From positions 3,210,001 to 3,242,000 of the forward strand of contig NC_014972.1 of NCBI RefSeq assembly GCF_000186885.1: a stretch of DNA of 32,000 bases. Reading direction: 5' to 3'. Below the pieces are notes generated by a model. It saw nothing but the letters and a program-made list of their open reading frames with translations. It made no database searches and was not told where the DNA came from. Of the stretch, positions 1 to 8,204 are shown piece after piece (within the stretch, counting starts at the first letter, position 1; each line of letters starts with the position of its first letter). The DNA comes from Desulfobulbus propionicus DSM 2032 (GTDB lineage: Bacteria; Desulfobacterota; Desulfobulbia; Desulfobulbales; Desulfobulbaceae). The position numbers and the translations under genes were made by a program.

Positions 1-331
1 GGGCGATCTCCACCGCCACATCCTGATTCTTTTTCCACACCCGCCGCTGGTTGCGGTTGGGACAAAGCCGGTCCGGACGGATGCGAATGGGCACACACTG
101 CCTGCATTCCGGACAGTGCATGTTGTACATGCAGTTGCCGTTGCGGCGGTACCCGTAGGCCAAAAAATCGCCCATGGTGGCATCGTCGATCGGGGCAAGG
201 ATCGCCTGGTGGTACACCGCCTTGGTGCCCATGCCATACGGGCAGTCGGCGGCGGTGTGGATGAAGAATTGCCGCAACTCTCTGGCAAGGCTCGGCGGGA
301 TATCGTCCTGCCTATCGTTTCGACCGGTCAT
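1..331 (-). CDS. bpt: Arginyltransferase / Asp-Glu leucyltransferase (ATE/Bpt family); N-terminal part only, as the gene runs off the left edge
   Basis: Not in the ORF track because it is open-ended. My minus-strand translation from ATG (331..329) gives MTGRNDRQDDIPPSLARELRQFFIHTAADCPYGMGTKAVYHQAILAPIDDATMGDFLAYGYRRNGNCMYNMHCPECRQCVPIRIRPDRLCPNRNQRRVWKKNQDVAVEIA. This shows the ATE_N pattern C.Y...G(F/Y)RR.G...Y...C..C..C.P.RI...F.P.R.QRR. The SD-like AGGAGAGGA lies 6-14 nt upstream, and the start is 15 nt after the gdh stop. Confidence 0.7.
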   Translation of the reverse strand, partial: MTGRNDRQDDIPPSLARELRQFFIHTAADCPYGMGTKAVYHQAILAPIDDATMGDFLAYGYRRNGNCMYNMHCPECRQCVPIRIRPDRLCPNRNQRRVWKKNQDVAVEIA

Positions 332-346
332 TCTGGATTCCTCTCC

Positions 347-2332
347 TCACACCAGTCCCTGATCAAGCATGGCATCGGCCACCTTGACAAAACCGGCAAT
401 ATTCGCGCCGGCCAGATAGTCTCCTTCCAGGCCATAGGCCGCGGCCGCCTCCAGGCAGGTTCGATGAATGGTGTGCATGATGGCCCGCAGCCGGCCCTCC
501 ACCTCTTCCCGCGACCAGCTGATGCGCATCGCATCCTGGGCCATCTCCAGGCCGGACACCGCCACACCGCCGGCATTGGCCGCCTTGGCCGGACCAAAGA
601 GGATGCCCTGGTCGCGAAAAAAGGCGATGGCCTCAGGTGTTGAAGGCATGTTCGCCCCTTCGCAGACCAACCGCACACCAGCGGCGGCCAGATGTTGGGC
701 ATCGGCAAGATTGAGCTCGTTCTGGGTTGCCGCCGGCAAAGCGCAATCAGCCGGGTACCGCCACAACGGGTTCCAACCCAGGGTTGGGTTCGCCGCCACG
801 TAAAGGGCATGCGGATAGCGCTCGCTGTACTCCCCAATACGCCCCCGGTGGATGTTCTTCAGCGTCTTGATGAACTCCAGCTTGCTCGCATCGATGCCCT
901 CTTCATCGTAGATATGGCCAGAGGAATCGGACAGGCTCAGCACCGTGCCCCCCATTTGCACAATTTTCTCGGCAACGAACTGGGCCACGTTGCCCGAGCC
1001 CGACACCAGGCACCGCTTGCCGGCCAAGGTCTCGCCCCGGTGGGCGAGCATGGCTGCGGTGAAATAGACCACCCCGTAGCCCGTGGCCTCGGGCCGGATC
1101 AGGCTGCCGCCCCATGCCAGCCCCTTGCCGGTCAGCACCCCGGTGAACTTGTTTTGCAATTTTTTATACATGCCGAACAGGTAGCCGATCTCTCGGGCCC
1201 CAACGCCGATATCGCCCGCCGGCACGTCGGTATCCTCGCCGATGTGGCGGAACAGTTCGGCCATGAAGGCCTGGCAGAAGCGCATGATCTCGGCATCGGA
1301 GCGCCCTTTGGGATCAAAATCAGCGCCCCCCTTGGCCCCGCCCATGGCCAGGGTGGTGAGGCTGTTCTTGAACACCTGTTCAAAGGCGAGAAATTTGATG
1401 ATCGACAGGTTGACCGAGGGGTGAAAGCGTAGGCCGCCCTTGTAAGGACCGATGGCCGAGTTCATTTCCACCCGGTAGCCACGGTTGACGTGAATCGCCC
1501 CTTGATCGTCCATCCAGGGCACGCGGAACATGATCATCCGCTCCGGCTCAACCAGCCGTTCCACCACGGCGTGCCGCCGGTACTCGGGATGACGATCAAG
1601 CACCGGCCTGATCGTCGCCAGCAATTCGCCGACCGCCTGGTGGAACTCCCGTTGTTCGGGATCGCGCCGCAGGATGGTGGCCAACACCTCGTCCACAGCT
1701 GGTTTCTGTTTCGCTTCCGCGGATCCGCGACCAATGGAGCTATCGGCGGTGCCAAGATCCCGGGGCGTGTTGACATTGCGCCACGAGGGACGCAGATGCT
1801 CCGGTGGCCGGGGGGTTGCTACGCCGGGCGCCGAGCGCAGTTGATTGATCCGTCGCTGGTTGCTTGCGGCCATCGCTTCCAGCAGCGGCCGGCAGGACTG
1901 GTCATAATAGGCCAAGAGCGGTTCGACCCGGCCATTCCCCGCCAGGTCCGGCATGACCGCGACCACCCCCGGCTGCCGGCAGTCGAGCAACCACTGCAGG
2001 GCCTCCTCCCCCATGTCGGGCAGATCGCAGGCCACCACCAGCCAGGAGACGTCGGGGAAGGCGCGAAAGGCGGCAAGAATCCCCGCCAACGGGCCCGCCA
2101 ACCCGGGAACATCGTCCACCCGGATCATCTCGGCAAGCGCGGCGGGCAAGGCGCCGGCTCCGGCGATCACCACCTGTTCCACTCGACCCCGCAGGACGGC
2201 CACGGTTCGCTCGATCCATGTCCTTCCTGCCGTTTCAAGCAGATGCTTGGGCGTCCCCATGCGGCTGCTCTTGCCGCCGATGAGCACACAGCCCCAGACA
2301 GGCGTCCGCCCATGTTCGCGGATGGACATCAT
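347..2332 (-). CDS. gdhA: Single 661-aa ORF: N-terminal MobA-like molybdenum cofactor guanylyltransferase domain fused in frame to a full-length NADP-type glutamate dehydrogenase (GdhA)
   Basis: The C-terminal ~449 aa align end to end with E. coli GdhA as I remember it (RDPEQREFHQAV, ERMIMFRVPWMDDQG, GPYKGGLRFHPSVNLSI, GGAKGGADFDPKG, GSGNVAQF, GANMPST, KAANAGGVAVSGLEMAQ). The N-terminal ~195 aa carry MobA motifs (VLIGGKSSRMG.PKHLL, LVVACDLP, NVNTPRDL). The start ATG at 2332 overlaps the mqnD stop (ATGA). There is no stop codon between the two domains. An alternative internal GTG at 1696 would give a stand-alone 449-aa GDH. Confidence 0.85.
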   Translation of the reverse strand: MMSIREHGRTPVWGCVLIGGKSSRMGTPKHLLETAGRTWIERTVAVLRGRVEQVVIAGAGALPAALAEMIRVDDVPGLAGPLAGILAAFRAFPDVSWLVVACDLPDMGEEALQWLLDCRQPGVVAVMPDLAGNGRVEPLLAYYDQSCRPLLEAMAASNQRRINQLRSAPGVATPRPPEHLRPSWRNVNTPRDLGTADSSIGRGSAEAKQKPAVDEVLATILRRDPEQREFHQAVGELLATIRPVLDRHPEYRRHAVVERLVEPERMIMFRVPWMDDQGAIHVNRGYRVEMNSAIGPYKGGLRFHPSVNLSIIKFLAFEQVFKNSLTTLAMGGAKGGADFDPKGRSDAEIMRFCQAFMAELFRHIGEDTDVPAGDIGVGAREIGYLFGMYKKLQNKFTGVLTGKGLAWGGSLIRPEATGYGVVYFTAAMLAHRGETLAGKRCLVSGSGNVAQFVAEKIVQMGGTVLSLSDSSGHIYDEEGIDASKLEFIKTLKNIHRGRIGEYSERYPHALYVAANPTLGWNPLWRYPADCALPAATQNELNLADAQHLAAAGVRLVCEGANMPSTPEAIAFFRDQGILFGPAKAANAGGVAVSGLEMAQDAMRISWSREEVEGRLRAIMHTIHRTCLEAAAAYGLEGDYLAGANIAGFVKVADAMLDQGLV

Positions 2333-3168
2333 GTCCGATGCGCGCATTCGGCAAAAAGTCCGGCGGCAGCGCCGCGACGCAGCAATTCGCGCACGGCCCG
2401 GAGGCCACTGTCGCCAAGATCGCGGGAGAACGCATTGACATAGAGACCGATATGGCTGTTGATCACCTCCGGAGCCATTTCCTGGGCATGGATCTTGATG
2501 TACTCCCACCCTTCATCCGGGTGGGAATCCGCCCAACGGATGCTGGCGGCGATGGCGCTCTCAACGGCGGTCCGCACGGCCGGTTGCAGGGTTCTTTTGG
2601 CGACAATGCAGCCCAAAGGGATGGGCAGCCCGGTGGTCTCCTCCCACCATTGGCCAAGATCCTGAATGCAGCGCAATCCGAGCGGCTGGTAGGTAAAGCG
2701 GCTTTCATGGATGATCACCCCGGCATCGACCTCACCCCGGCAGATGGCCTCCATGATCCGGTCAAAACGCATCACCACCAACTGACGGCAGTCTGGACGG
2801 TAAAGCCGCAGCAGCAAGGCGGCCGTGGTGTAGGCGCCAGGTATGGCAATCTTCCATGCCGCGATGTCCGGAGGGGTGTCACGATCGCCGGCTGCGATCA
2901 GCAGGGGACCGCAGCCACGGCCCAACGCCGCGCCGGCATGAAGCAGCGCGTAGCGGTCAAGCACGTGCCCCAGGGCATGAAAGGAGATCTTGCTCACATC
3001 CAGGCGGCCCTCGATGGCCCACTGGTTGAGCGTTTCCACATCCTCCAGCACTGGTTGGGCGAAACGCGCACCGGAAAGCGGCACCCTGCCATGCACCAAG
3101 CCATTGAAAATATAGGTATCGTTGGGACAGGGAGAAAACCCCAGGGACAGGGCGTGTTGTTCAGTCAT
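2329..3168 (-). CDS. mqnD: 1,4-dihydroxy-6-naphthoate synthase (MqnD, futalosine menaquinone pathway; VitK2_biosynth family)
   Basis: 279-aa ORF. The N-terminus LSLGFSPCPNDTYIFNGLVHGRV....LEDVETLNQWA..GRLDVSKISFHA...YALL.AGAALGRGCGPLL matches the MqnD signature rather than MqnA. It lies next to and overlaps an mqnB-like gene. Confidence 0.7.
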   Translation of the reverse strand: MTEQHALSLGFSPCPNDTYIFNGLVHGRVPLSGARFAQPVLEDVETLNQWAIEGRLDVSKISFHALGHVLDRYALLHAGAALGRGCGPLLIAAGDRDTPPDIAAWKIAIPGAYTTAALLLRLYRPDCRQLVVMRFDRIMEAICRGEVDAGVIIHESRFTYQPLGLRCIQDLGQWWEETTGLPIPLGCIVAKRTLQPAVRTAVESAIAASIRWADSHPDEGWEYIKIHAQEMAPEVINSHIGLYVNAFSRDLGDSGLRAVRELLRRGAAAGLFAECAHRT

Positions 3169-3820
3169 GTTGCAGTCCTTTGATCACCAGCGCGGCCACC
3201 TCGCCGCACCGGACACAGGCGTCGCGCAGTCGCCATTGTTGGAGATTACGGTCTTCGACCAGATTGGAGATGCATCGCAGTTCAAGCAGCGGCAGGCTAA
3301 ACCGCTGGCAGACCCGGGCCGCGGCCGCGCCTTCCATGTTTTCACAAAGCGCCTGGTGCTGCCGGGCGAGCATCGTGCCGCGCCGGCGTGAACCGCTGAC
3401 GCAACTGACGGTGACAAAGGTTCCGCGATGGAATGGAACCTTGGCGGAGGTGAGCGCCGTCGCGGCCTGCGCAAGCAAATCGCTGTCGAGCTCAAACGCA
3501 TCGTGGATCGTTAGGCCCTCGCCTCGGAGCGGCTCCGTCATTTCTCCGTAACAGACGCCGAGATCGCCGAGAATCTCACGCTCCGCCAGGCAGATATCCA
3601 GCAGGGCCGCGCCTCCCGCTTCCCGGCAATAGGCTCCGGCGACTCCGAAATTCACTATCGCGCGAAAGGAAACGGTCGGACAGGCTAGCACGGCGGTCAA
3701 ATGCATGGCTGTTTCCACCGGACCAATGCCGGTGATCAGGGGCGACCATCCCCCGGAGGCGGGGCAAACAGTGGCAAAAGCCTCCATTTCAAAGGACGTT
3801 GCGGCGGTGACGAGGAGCAT
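3161..3820 (-). CDS. mqnB: Futalosine hydrolase (MqnB; PNP_UDP nucleosidase family)
   Basis: 219-aa ORF with MLLVTAATSFEMEAF, GIGPVETA and CENMEGAAAARVC....PLLELRCISNLVEDR, typical of the MTA/futalosine nucleosidase fold. It overlaps the mqnD start by 8 nt. The symbol is assigned from that linkage. Confidence 0.62.
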   Translation of the reverse strand: MLLVTAATSFEMEAFATVCPASGGWSPLITGIGPVETAMHLTAVLACPTVSFRAIVNFGVAGAYCREAGGAALLDICLAEREILGDLGVCYGEMTEPLRGEGLTIHDAFELDSDLLAQAATALTSAKVPFHRGTFVTVSCVSGSRRRGTMLARQHQALCENMEGAAAARVCQRFSLPLLELRCISNLVEDRNLQQWRLRDACVRCGEVAALVIKGLQHD

Positions 3821-4024
3821 GCAAGAAGCGGAGACGATTATTGTGCGGAAAGGAAGTGGACCTATCGGACATGGACTGTGGATACCGGCTGTTCGCTTGG
3901 CCTCCAGCTGTCAGAGATTTTCCTGTGGCCATCGGCGAATAGACCGAGACTTTTTGTGCAATGTAAAGTAGGTTAGCGGCCTTTGCAAGATAATCACCGT
4001 GTTTCTCTCCCTGCTGCTGTCCCC

Positions 4025-5128
4025 ATGATCGACTTTCATCACCGGCTGGATGCGTACGACTACGACCTGCCGCCGGAGCGCATTGCCCAGTTCCCCGAAC
4101 CCCAACGTGATCATTCCCGGCTGCTAGTTCTCGACACCAACGTCCCTGAACTCGTTCACCGGCGGTTTGCCGACATTGTCGACCATCTCCGGCCCTCCGA
4201 CCTGCTGGTCATCAACAGCACCAAGGTCTTTCCCGCCCGCTTGCTGGGCAGGAAGGAAACCGGCGGCAAGGTGGAACTCTTTCTGCTCAACTTTCCCCAT
4301 TCGCCCACCACGACCGATCCGACGTCCTCATGGCACGAGGCCACGGCCACCGCGCTGCTCAAGAGTTCCAAACGCCCCAAGGTCGGCGGGTCGCTGCTGT
4401 TTGACGAACAATTTCACGCCCGGGTTGACGCCTTGCTGGGCGATGGCAAGGCTGAGGTTACCCTGCGGTATCGGCCCGCACCCGGCCAATCACTCCAGGA
4501 CCTGTTGGAACGCCATGGCCAGATGCCGCTGCCACCCTATATCGATCGGCCAAACGGCAATGTCGAGGAGGATCTCCATCGCTACCAGACCCGCTATGCC
4601 AGCCAAGTCGGTTCTGTGGCCGCGCCCACCGCCGGCCTGCATTTCAGCGATGCGCTGCTTGCCCAGATCAGGGCAAAGAGGGTGGACATTGCGCCGCTTG
4701 TGCTCCATGTCGGCTACGGCACCTTCGCGCCGGTGCGCAGCGAAGACATCCGGGAGCATCGCATCCATCGGGAATGGGTGGAAATACCGGCGGCAACCGC
4801 GGCCAAGGTCAATCAAACCAAGGCGGCGGGCGGCAGAATTTGGGCAGTGGGCACCACCACGGTCCGCAGCCTGGAGTTTGCTGCCGATCAACACGGACAG
4901 GTTCAGCCGGGGGCAAGCGAGTGCGACCTCTTCATTTATCCTGGATTCCAATTTCGAGTGATCGACAACCTGATCACCAACTTTCACCTGCCGAAATCAT
5001 CGCTGCTCTTTTTAGTTTCCGCCCTGGCCGGCCGACAACGGATTCTCGCCGCCTACAAGGAAGCTATCGCCTCCTCCTACCGTTTTTTTTCCTATGGCGA
5101 CGCCATGGCTATTGTCACCAAGCCTTGA
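4025..5128 (+). CDS. queA: S-adenosylmethionine:tRNA ribosyltransferase-isomerase (QueA)
   Basis: Motifs: DYDLPPERIAQFP...RDHSRLLVL, STKVFPARL, MPLPPYI, YQTRYA...GSVAAPTAGLHF, HVGYGTFAPV, AVGTTTVRSLE, ITNFHLPKSSLL. I chose ATG 4025 (MIDFHH...) over the track's upstream TTG at 3983 because it gives the usual N-terminal length. Confidence 0.9.
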   Translation: MIDFHHRLDAYDYDLPPERIAQFPEPQRDHSRLLVLDTNVPELVHRRFADIVDHLRPSDLLVINSTKVFPARLLGRKETGGKVELFLLNFPHSPTTTDPTSSWHEATATALLKSSKRPKVGGSLLFDEQFHARVDALLGDGKAEVTLRYRPAPGQSLQDLLERHGQMPLPPYIDRPNGNVEEDLHRYQTRYASQVGSVAAPTAGLHFSDALLAQIRAKRVDIAPLVLHVGYGTFAPVRSEDIREHRIHREWVEIPAATAAKVNQTKAAGGRIWAVGTTTVRSLEFAADQHGQVQPGASECDLFIYPGFQFRVIDNLITNFHLPKSSLLFLVSALAGRQRILAAYKEAIASSYRFFSYGDAMAIVTKP

Positions 5129-5155
5129 GCATCGAACCGCCCCTGCCGCCCTCCC

Positions 5156-5183
5156 AATAAAAAACCCGGCTTGAAGCCGGGTT
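5156..5183 (-). terminator. Rho-independent terminator between the convergent queA and fmdB-like genes
   Basis: 8-bp GC-rich stem aacccggc/gccgggtt (5163..5170 with 5076-style partner 5076 excluded; correct partner 5176..5183) with a 5-nt loop. On the minus strand it is followed by TTTTTTATT. On the plus strand it is preceded by an A-run, so it may act in both directions. Confidence 0.75.
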
Positions 5184-5208
5184 GAGCAAACGCATGTGTA
5201 TCAAGCAA

Positions 5209-5496
5209 TTAATGAGCCGCGGGGCAATGGCAACACCCCCCTCCACTGGCGGGGCAGGAGGCACCGCCACTTTCGGCGCTGGCCGCGCCTCCTCCTTTGG
5301 TTTCTTTGCCGCTGGAACAGGCGCTATAGCCGTCGGTATACCACCCGCCGCCTTTCAACTGAAAGGAACTCATGGAGATCAGCTTGCGGACCTCCCCGCC
5401 GCACTCGGGGCAAACCGTGATCGGTGCATCGGCGATACGTTGCTGCATTTCAAATACTTTTTGACATCCATTGCATTCATACTCATACACTGGCAT
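5209..5496 (-). CDS. FmdB-family zinc-ribbon protein (CxxC...CxxC) with a Gly/Ser/Cys-rich C-terminal tail
   Basis: MPVYEYECNGCQKVFEMQQRIADAPITVCPECGG.VRKLIS is the classic FmdB/TIGR02605 N-terminus. SD GAGAGG lies 7 nt upstream of ATG 5496. The track's longer start at 5511 would add only 5 aa. Confidence 0.8.
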   Translation of the reverse strand: MPVYEYECNGCQKVFEMQQRIADAPITVCPECGGEVRKLISMSSFQLKGGGWYTDGYSACSSGKETKGGGAASAESGGASCPASGGGCCHCPAAH

Positions 5497-5772
5497 AACA
5501 CGACCTCTCAACGCTATCTATATAGTAAGGGGGGAAGAATGAGCGTAGCTGTAAACAGGGGCAAAAATAATGATTCCCGCCCCCCCTGTCAACTCCTGTC
5601 GCTCGCCCATTCTTGGCCGCTCCCACATCGCGACGCGAAAATCAACACCTTGGCCTGCCAACAAAAAAATCCTCTTTCTCGACATACAAATACTCTTTTT
5701 TGATCAATCAATAATTTCCGGACCGCGACGGGTGGCTGATTGACTCTTTTTCGATCCATCGGAATAAAACAA

Positions 5773-5801
5773 TTGCATTGCGCTACCACCTGCCCTATTA
5801 T
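5773..5801 (+). promoter_or_regulatory. Candidate sigma70 promoter for the mucR-like gene
   Basis: TTGCAT (5773..5778), a 17-nt spacer, then TATTAT (5796..5801), about 60 nt upstream of the ATG at 5862 in an AT-rich intergenic region. This is a pattern match only. Confidence 0.4.
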
Positions 5802-5861
5802 TAGAGTAATTTTAAAAGAAACCACCTGTATCCCATTACATTCATTACTCAGGAGACACCA

Positions 5862-6305
5862 ATGAGTAAATCTCTCGTTGAAATGACCGCCGAAATCATT
5901 CAATCGCAAATCAGCAGCAAACAAATGTCAACAGAAGAAATAAAGGCGGCGCTTAACGATACATTTCAAACCCTTAAAGCACTTCAAGAATCCGAATCCG
6001 TCGGCATTGAAGCTGAACCTGAAGAAATCAATCCTGCTATAGACCCGAAAAAGTCCATCCAGAAGAATAAAATTATCTGCCTGGAATGCGGACAGGAATT
6101 CAAGATGCTTTCGCCAAAGCATCTGAAGTCGCACGGTCTCAATTCCAAGGAGTATCGCAAAAAACATGGATTTTCCGCTCGGCAACCGTTGTGCGCCAAG
6201 GCGTTGTCGGAAAAACGTTCACAATCGGGCAAAGAACGGGGCTTACCGGATAATCTTCGCAAGGCCATTGAAATGCGCACCAAAGATTCAGCAAAGAAAA
6301 AATAA
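5862..6305 (+). CDS. MucR/Ros-family zinc-finger transcriptional regulator
   Basis: The C-terminal half IICLECGQEFKMLSPKHLKSHGLNSKEYRKKHGFSARQPL matches the ROS_MUCR signature (C.ECG..FK.L..HL..H.L.P.EYR.K.G). SD AGGAGA lies 6 nt upstream. Confidence 0.8.
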   Translation: MSKSLVEMTAEIIQSQISSKQMSTEEIKAALNDTFQTLKALQESESVGIEAEPEEINPAIDPKKSIQKNKIICLECGQEFKMLSPKHLKSHGLNSKEYRKKHGFSARQPLCAKALSEKRSQSGKERGLPDNLRKAIEMRTKDSAKKK

Positions 6306-6341
6306 TTTTCTGTTTGTTCAATAGCATGCGGAGCATTCGGT

Positions 6342-6369
6342 GTGGTGGTCCTCTCGACACGACCACCAC
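6342..6369 (+). terminator. Possible terminator hairpin after the mucR-like gene
   Basis: 9-bp stem gtggtggtc/gaccaccac with a 10-nt loop, 37 nt after the stop. The following T tract is weak (ccatttcg). Confidence 0.35.
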
Positions 6370-6518
6370 CCATTTCGTCGCAACCGCATGGTTTTCGGGC
6401 GTATCCATAGACGTTCATTCGCACCCGTGCCCAGGATGACATTTTTTCTTTCCTCCCGCACGCTTCGTGTTTGTCGCCTCGCCTTGCACTCTTTCGTTTA
6501 CCCTGTTCCTGCATTCCC

Positions 6519-7307
6519 ATGATCGGCATCTTTGATTCCGGTGTCGGCGGTATGACCGTTGCCCGCGCCATTGAACAGTTCTGCCCGGGTTTTCCCCTGG
6601 TCTATCTCGGCGATCTCGCACGGACCCCCTACGGCTCAAAGAGTCCGGCAATGATCACCGAATACTCGCACCGCAATACCGACTTTCTCCTCCGGCAGGG
6701 CGCCAAACTGATCGTCATCGCCTGCAACTCGGCCGCGAGCACGGCCTCTTCCTTCTTGCGCAGCCACTACCACCAATTGATCATCGACGTGATCTTCCCT
6801 GCCGTGGATCGTGCGGCCGGGGAGAGCGTCAATGGCCGCATCGGGGTGATCGGTACCCGGGCCACCATCAATTCCGGACTGTATGAACAACGCCTCCAGG
6901 CGGCCCGACCGGACTGCAAGGTCTACAGCCAAGCCTGCCCGCTGCTGGTCCCGCTGGTCGAGGAGGGATGGCTGGAGCGGCGCGAAACCAAAATGATCGT
7001 CAAAAAATATCTCCACCCGCTGCGCGACAAACAAATCGACACCTTGATCCTTGGCTGCACCCATTATCCCTTGCTGAAAAAGACCATTGCCCCGCGCATC
7101 GGCCGGCGGGTGCATATTATCGATTCCTCAGTCGAGGTCGCGCTGCACTTGAAAACTCTTCTGGACAGTGACCACGACCTTCGCCAGTCACTCTACGCCC
7201 CGGACACCCCGAGCCGTTTCTTTGTTTCCGATATTCCTTCTCCGGTGCATGCCCTCGCCAGCAAAATATTCGGCCGGACTGTCCGGTTGGAGAAAACCGA
7301 TGTCTAA
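6519..7307 (+). CDS. murI: Glutamate racemase (MurI)
   Basis: Motifs: MIGIFDSGVGGMTV, YLGDLARTPYG.KS, IVIACNSAS, LGCTHYPLL. The start was moved from the track's 6471 to ATG 6519, the canonical MurI N-terminus. Confidence 0.9.
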   Translation: MIGIFDSGVGGMTVARAIEQFCPGFPLVYLGDLARTPYGSKSPAMITEYSHRNTDFLLRQGAKLIVIACNSAASTASSFLRSHYHQLIIDVIFPAVDRAAGESVNGRIGVIGTRATINSGLYEQRLQAARPDCKVYSQACPLLVPLVEEGWLERRETKMIVKKYLHPLRDKQIDTLILGCTHYPLLKKTIAPRIGRRVHIIDSSVEVALHLKTLLDSDHDLRQSLYAPDTPSRFFVSDIPSPVHALASKIFGRTVRLEKTDV

Positions 7308-8025
7308 TTTGCTCCGTCTTCTCGTCATCGTGTTGCTGCTGACAGTGACAGCCGCGCTTCCCAACAGGGCGAAGGCCGCTCCACCATCCGCAGACACCGT
7401 CTCCCCCGCAACTCGTGTTCTCCAAGTGCAGAAAAAGTATCAGCAATTGCGCAGCCTGGAATTCGATTTTGCCCAGACGACCCAGACCGGTGGCCGGATC
7501 AAGCAGGGGAGCGGTCACGCCACGTTTTACCGTTCCGCCAAGACAACCTCGGACGGCGCGGGGATTATGCGTTGGAACTATAGCGAACCAATCGCCCAGA
7601 TCATCATCAATGACGGCAAGGAGCTTTCTGTCTACACGCCGCAGGATAAACAGCTGCTTGTCTCACCGGTGCAGGATTTGGAATCCGACATCACTTACGC
7701 CATTTTCACCGGCACCAAAGGCTTGCTCGATGAATTTGCCGTCTCTGCCGCGGACGCATTGTTCCTGCTCAACACACCGCCAGCCGCCCTGGACGCCGTC
7801 CTGCTCATCCCCCGGGAACCGCATCCCCAGGTCAAGCGAATTCAGCTCTGGCTGAACGCGGACCATACGTTGCACCGGCTACTGATGGAAGACCATTTCG
7901 GTGCGCTCACAGAACTGACCTTCAGTCAGGTACGGTTCAATACCCTGCCCGCCAATGACCCCCGCCTGGTTCGATCCCTGCTCCAGCTGGATCTGGCGCC
8001 CGGCACGGAAATCATTCGCCAGTAA
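7300..8025 (+). CDS. lolA: Outer-membrane lipoprotein carrier protein, LolA family
   Basis: Signal peptide MSNLLRLLVIVLLLTVTAALPNRAKA, then the LolA pattern (LRSLEFDFAQTT....GSGHATFYR....MRWNYSEPIAQIIINDGKELSVYTPQDKQ). ATG 7300 overlaps the end of murI by 8 nt. Confidence 0.7.
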   Translation: MSNLLRLLVIVLLLTVTAALPNRAKAAPPSADTVSPATRVLQVQKKYQQLRSLEFDFAQTTQTGGRIKQGSGHATFYRSAKTTSDGAGIMRWNYSEPIAQIIINDGKELSVYTPQDKQLLVSPVQDLESDITYAIFTGTKGLLDEFAVSAADALFLLNTPPAALDAVLLIPREPHPQVKRIQLWLNADHTLHRLLMEDHFGALTELTFSQVRFNTLPANDPRLVRSLLQLDLAPGTEIIRQ

Positions 8026-8204
8026 AGGGCAAATCCGCGGTCTGATTTGTGCTCACCGATTTTCCCACCGCGTCGGGAAAAGACATTGCTCCCAATCGGT
8101 AAGCAGGGTAAAGAAGAGCGATCAAATCATACCCCGACTTTCCTAGCTCGTTCGCGGTCTTCGCCAGCCATAGGTTAATCTCGCCACCGATTCGATCATT
8201 CTGC

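Noticed and set aside
116-2443. Long plus-strand ORFs (116..643, 468..803, 692..1432, 1490..2443, 1953..2438) opposite the bpt, gdh and mobA genes
   Set aside because: They are antisense to genes with unambiguous family motifs. Their translations are Arg/Pro/Gly/Ala/His-rich with no recognisable motifs and no SD, which is typical of shadow ORFs in GC-rich coding DNA.
2338-3183. 281-aa plus-strand ORF opposite mqnD
   Set aside because: It is an antisense shadow of a well-supported MqnD ORF, with low-complexity, basic composition and no motif.
5182-5703. 173-aa plus-strand ORF covering the fmdB-like gene and part of the intergenic region
   Set aside because: It is antisense to the FmdB zinc-ribbon ORF, which has a textbook N-terminus and SD. 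The Gly/Ala-rich stretch simply mirrors the Gly/Cys tail codons on the other strand.
7968-7978. tRNA T-arm-like string ggttcgatccc
   Set aside because: It lies inside the LolA-family CDS. No acceptor or anticodon stem complementarity surrounds it, so it is not a tRNA.
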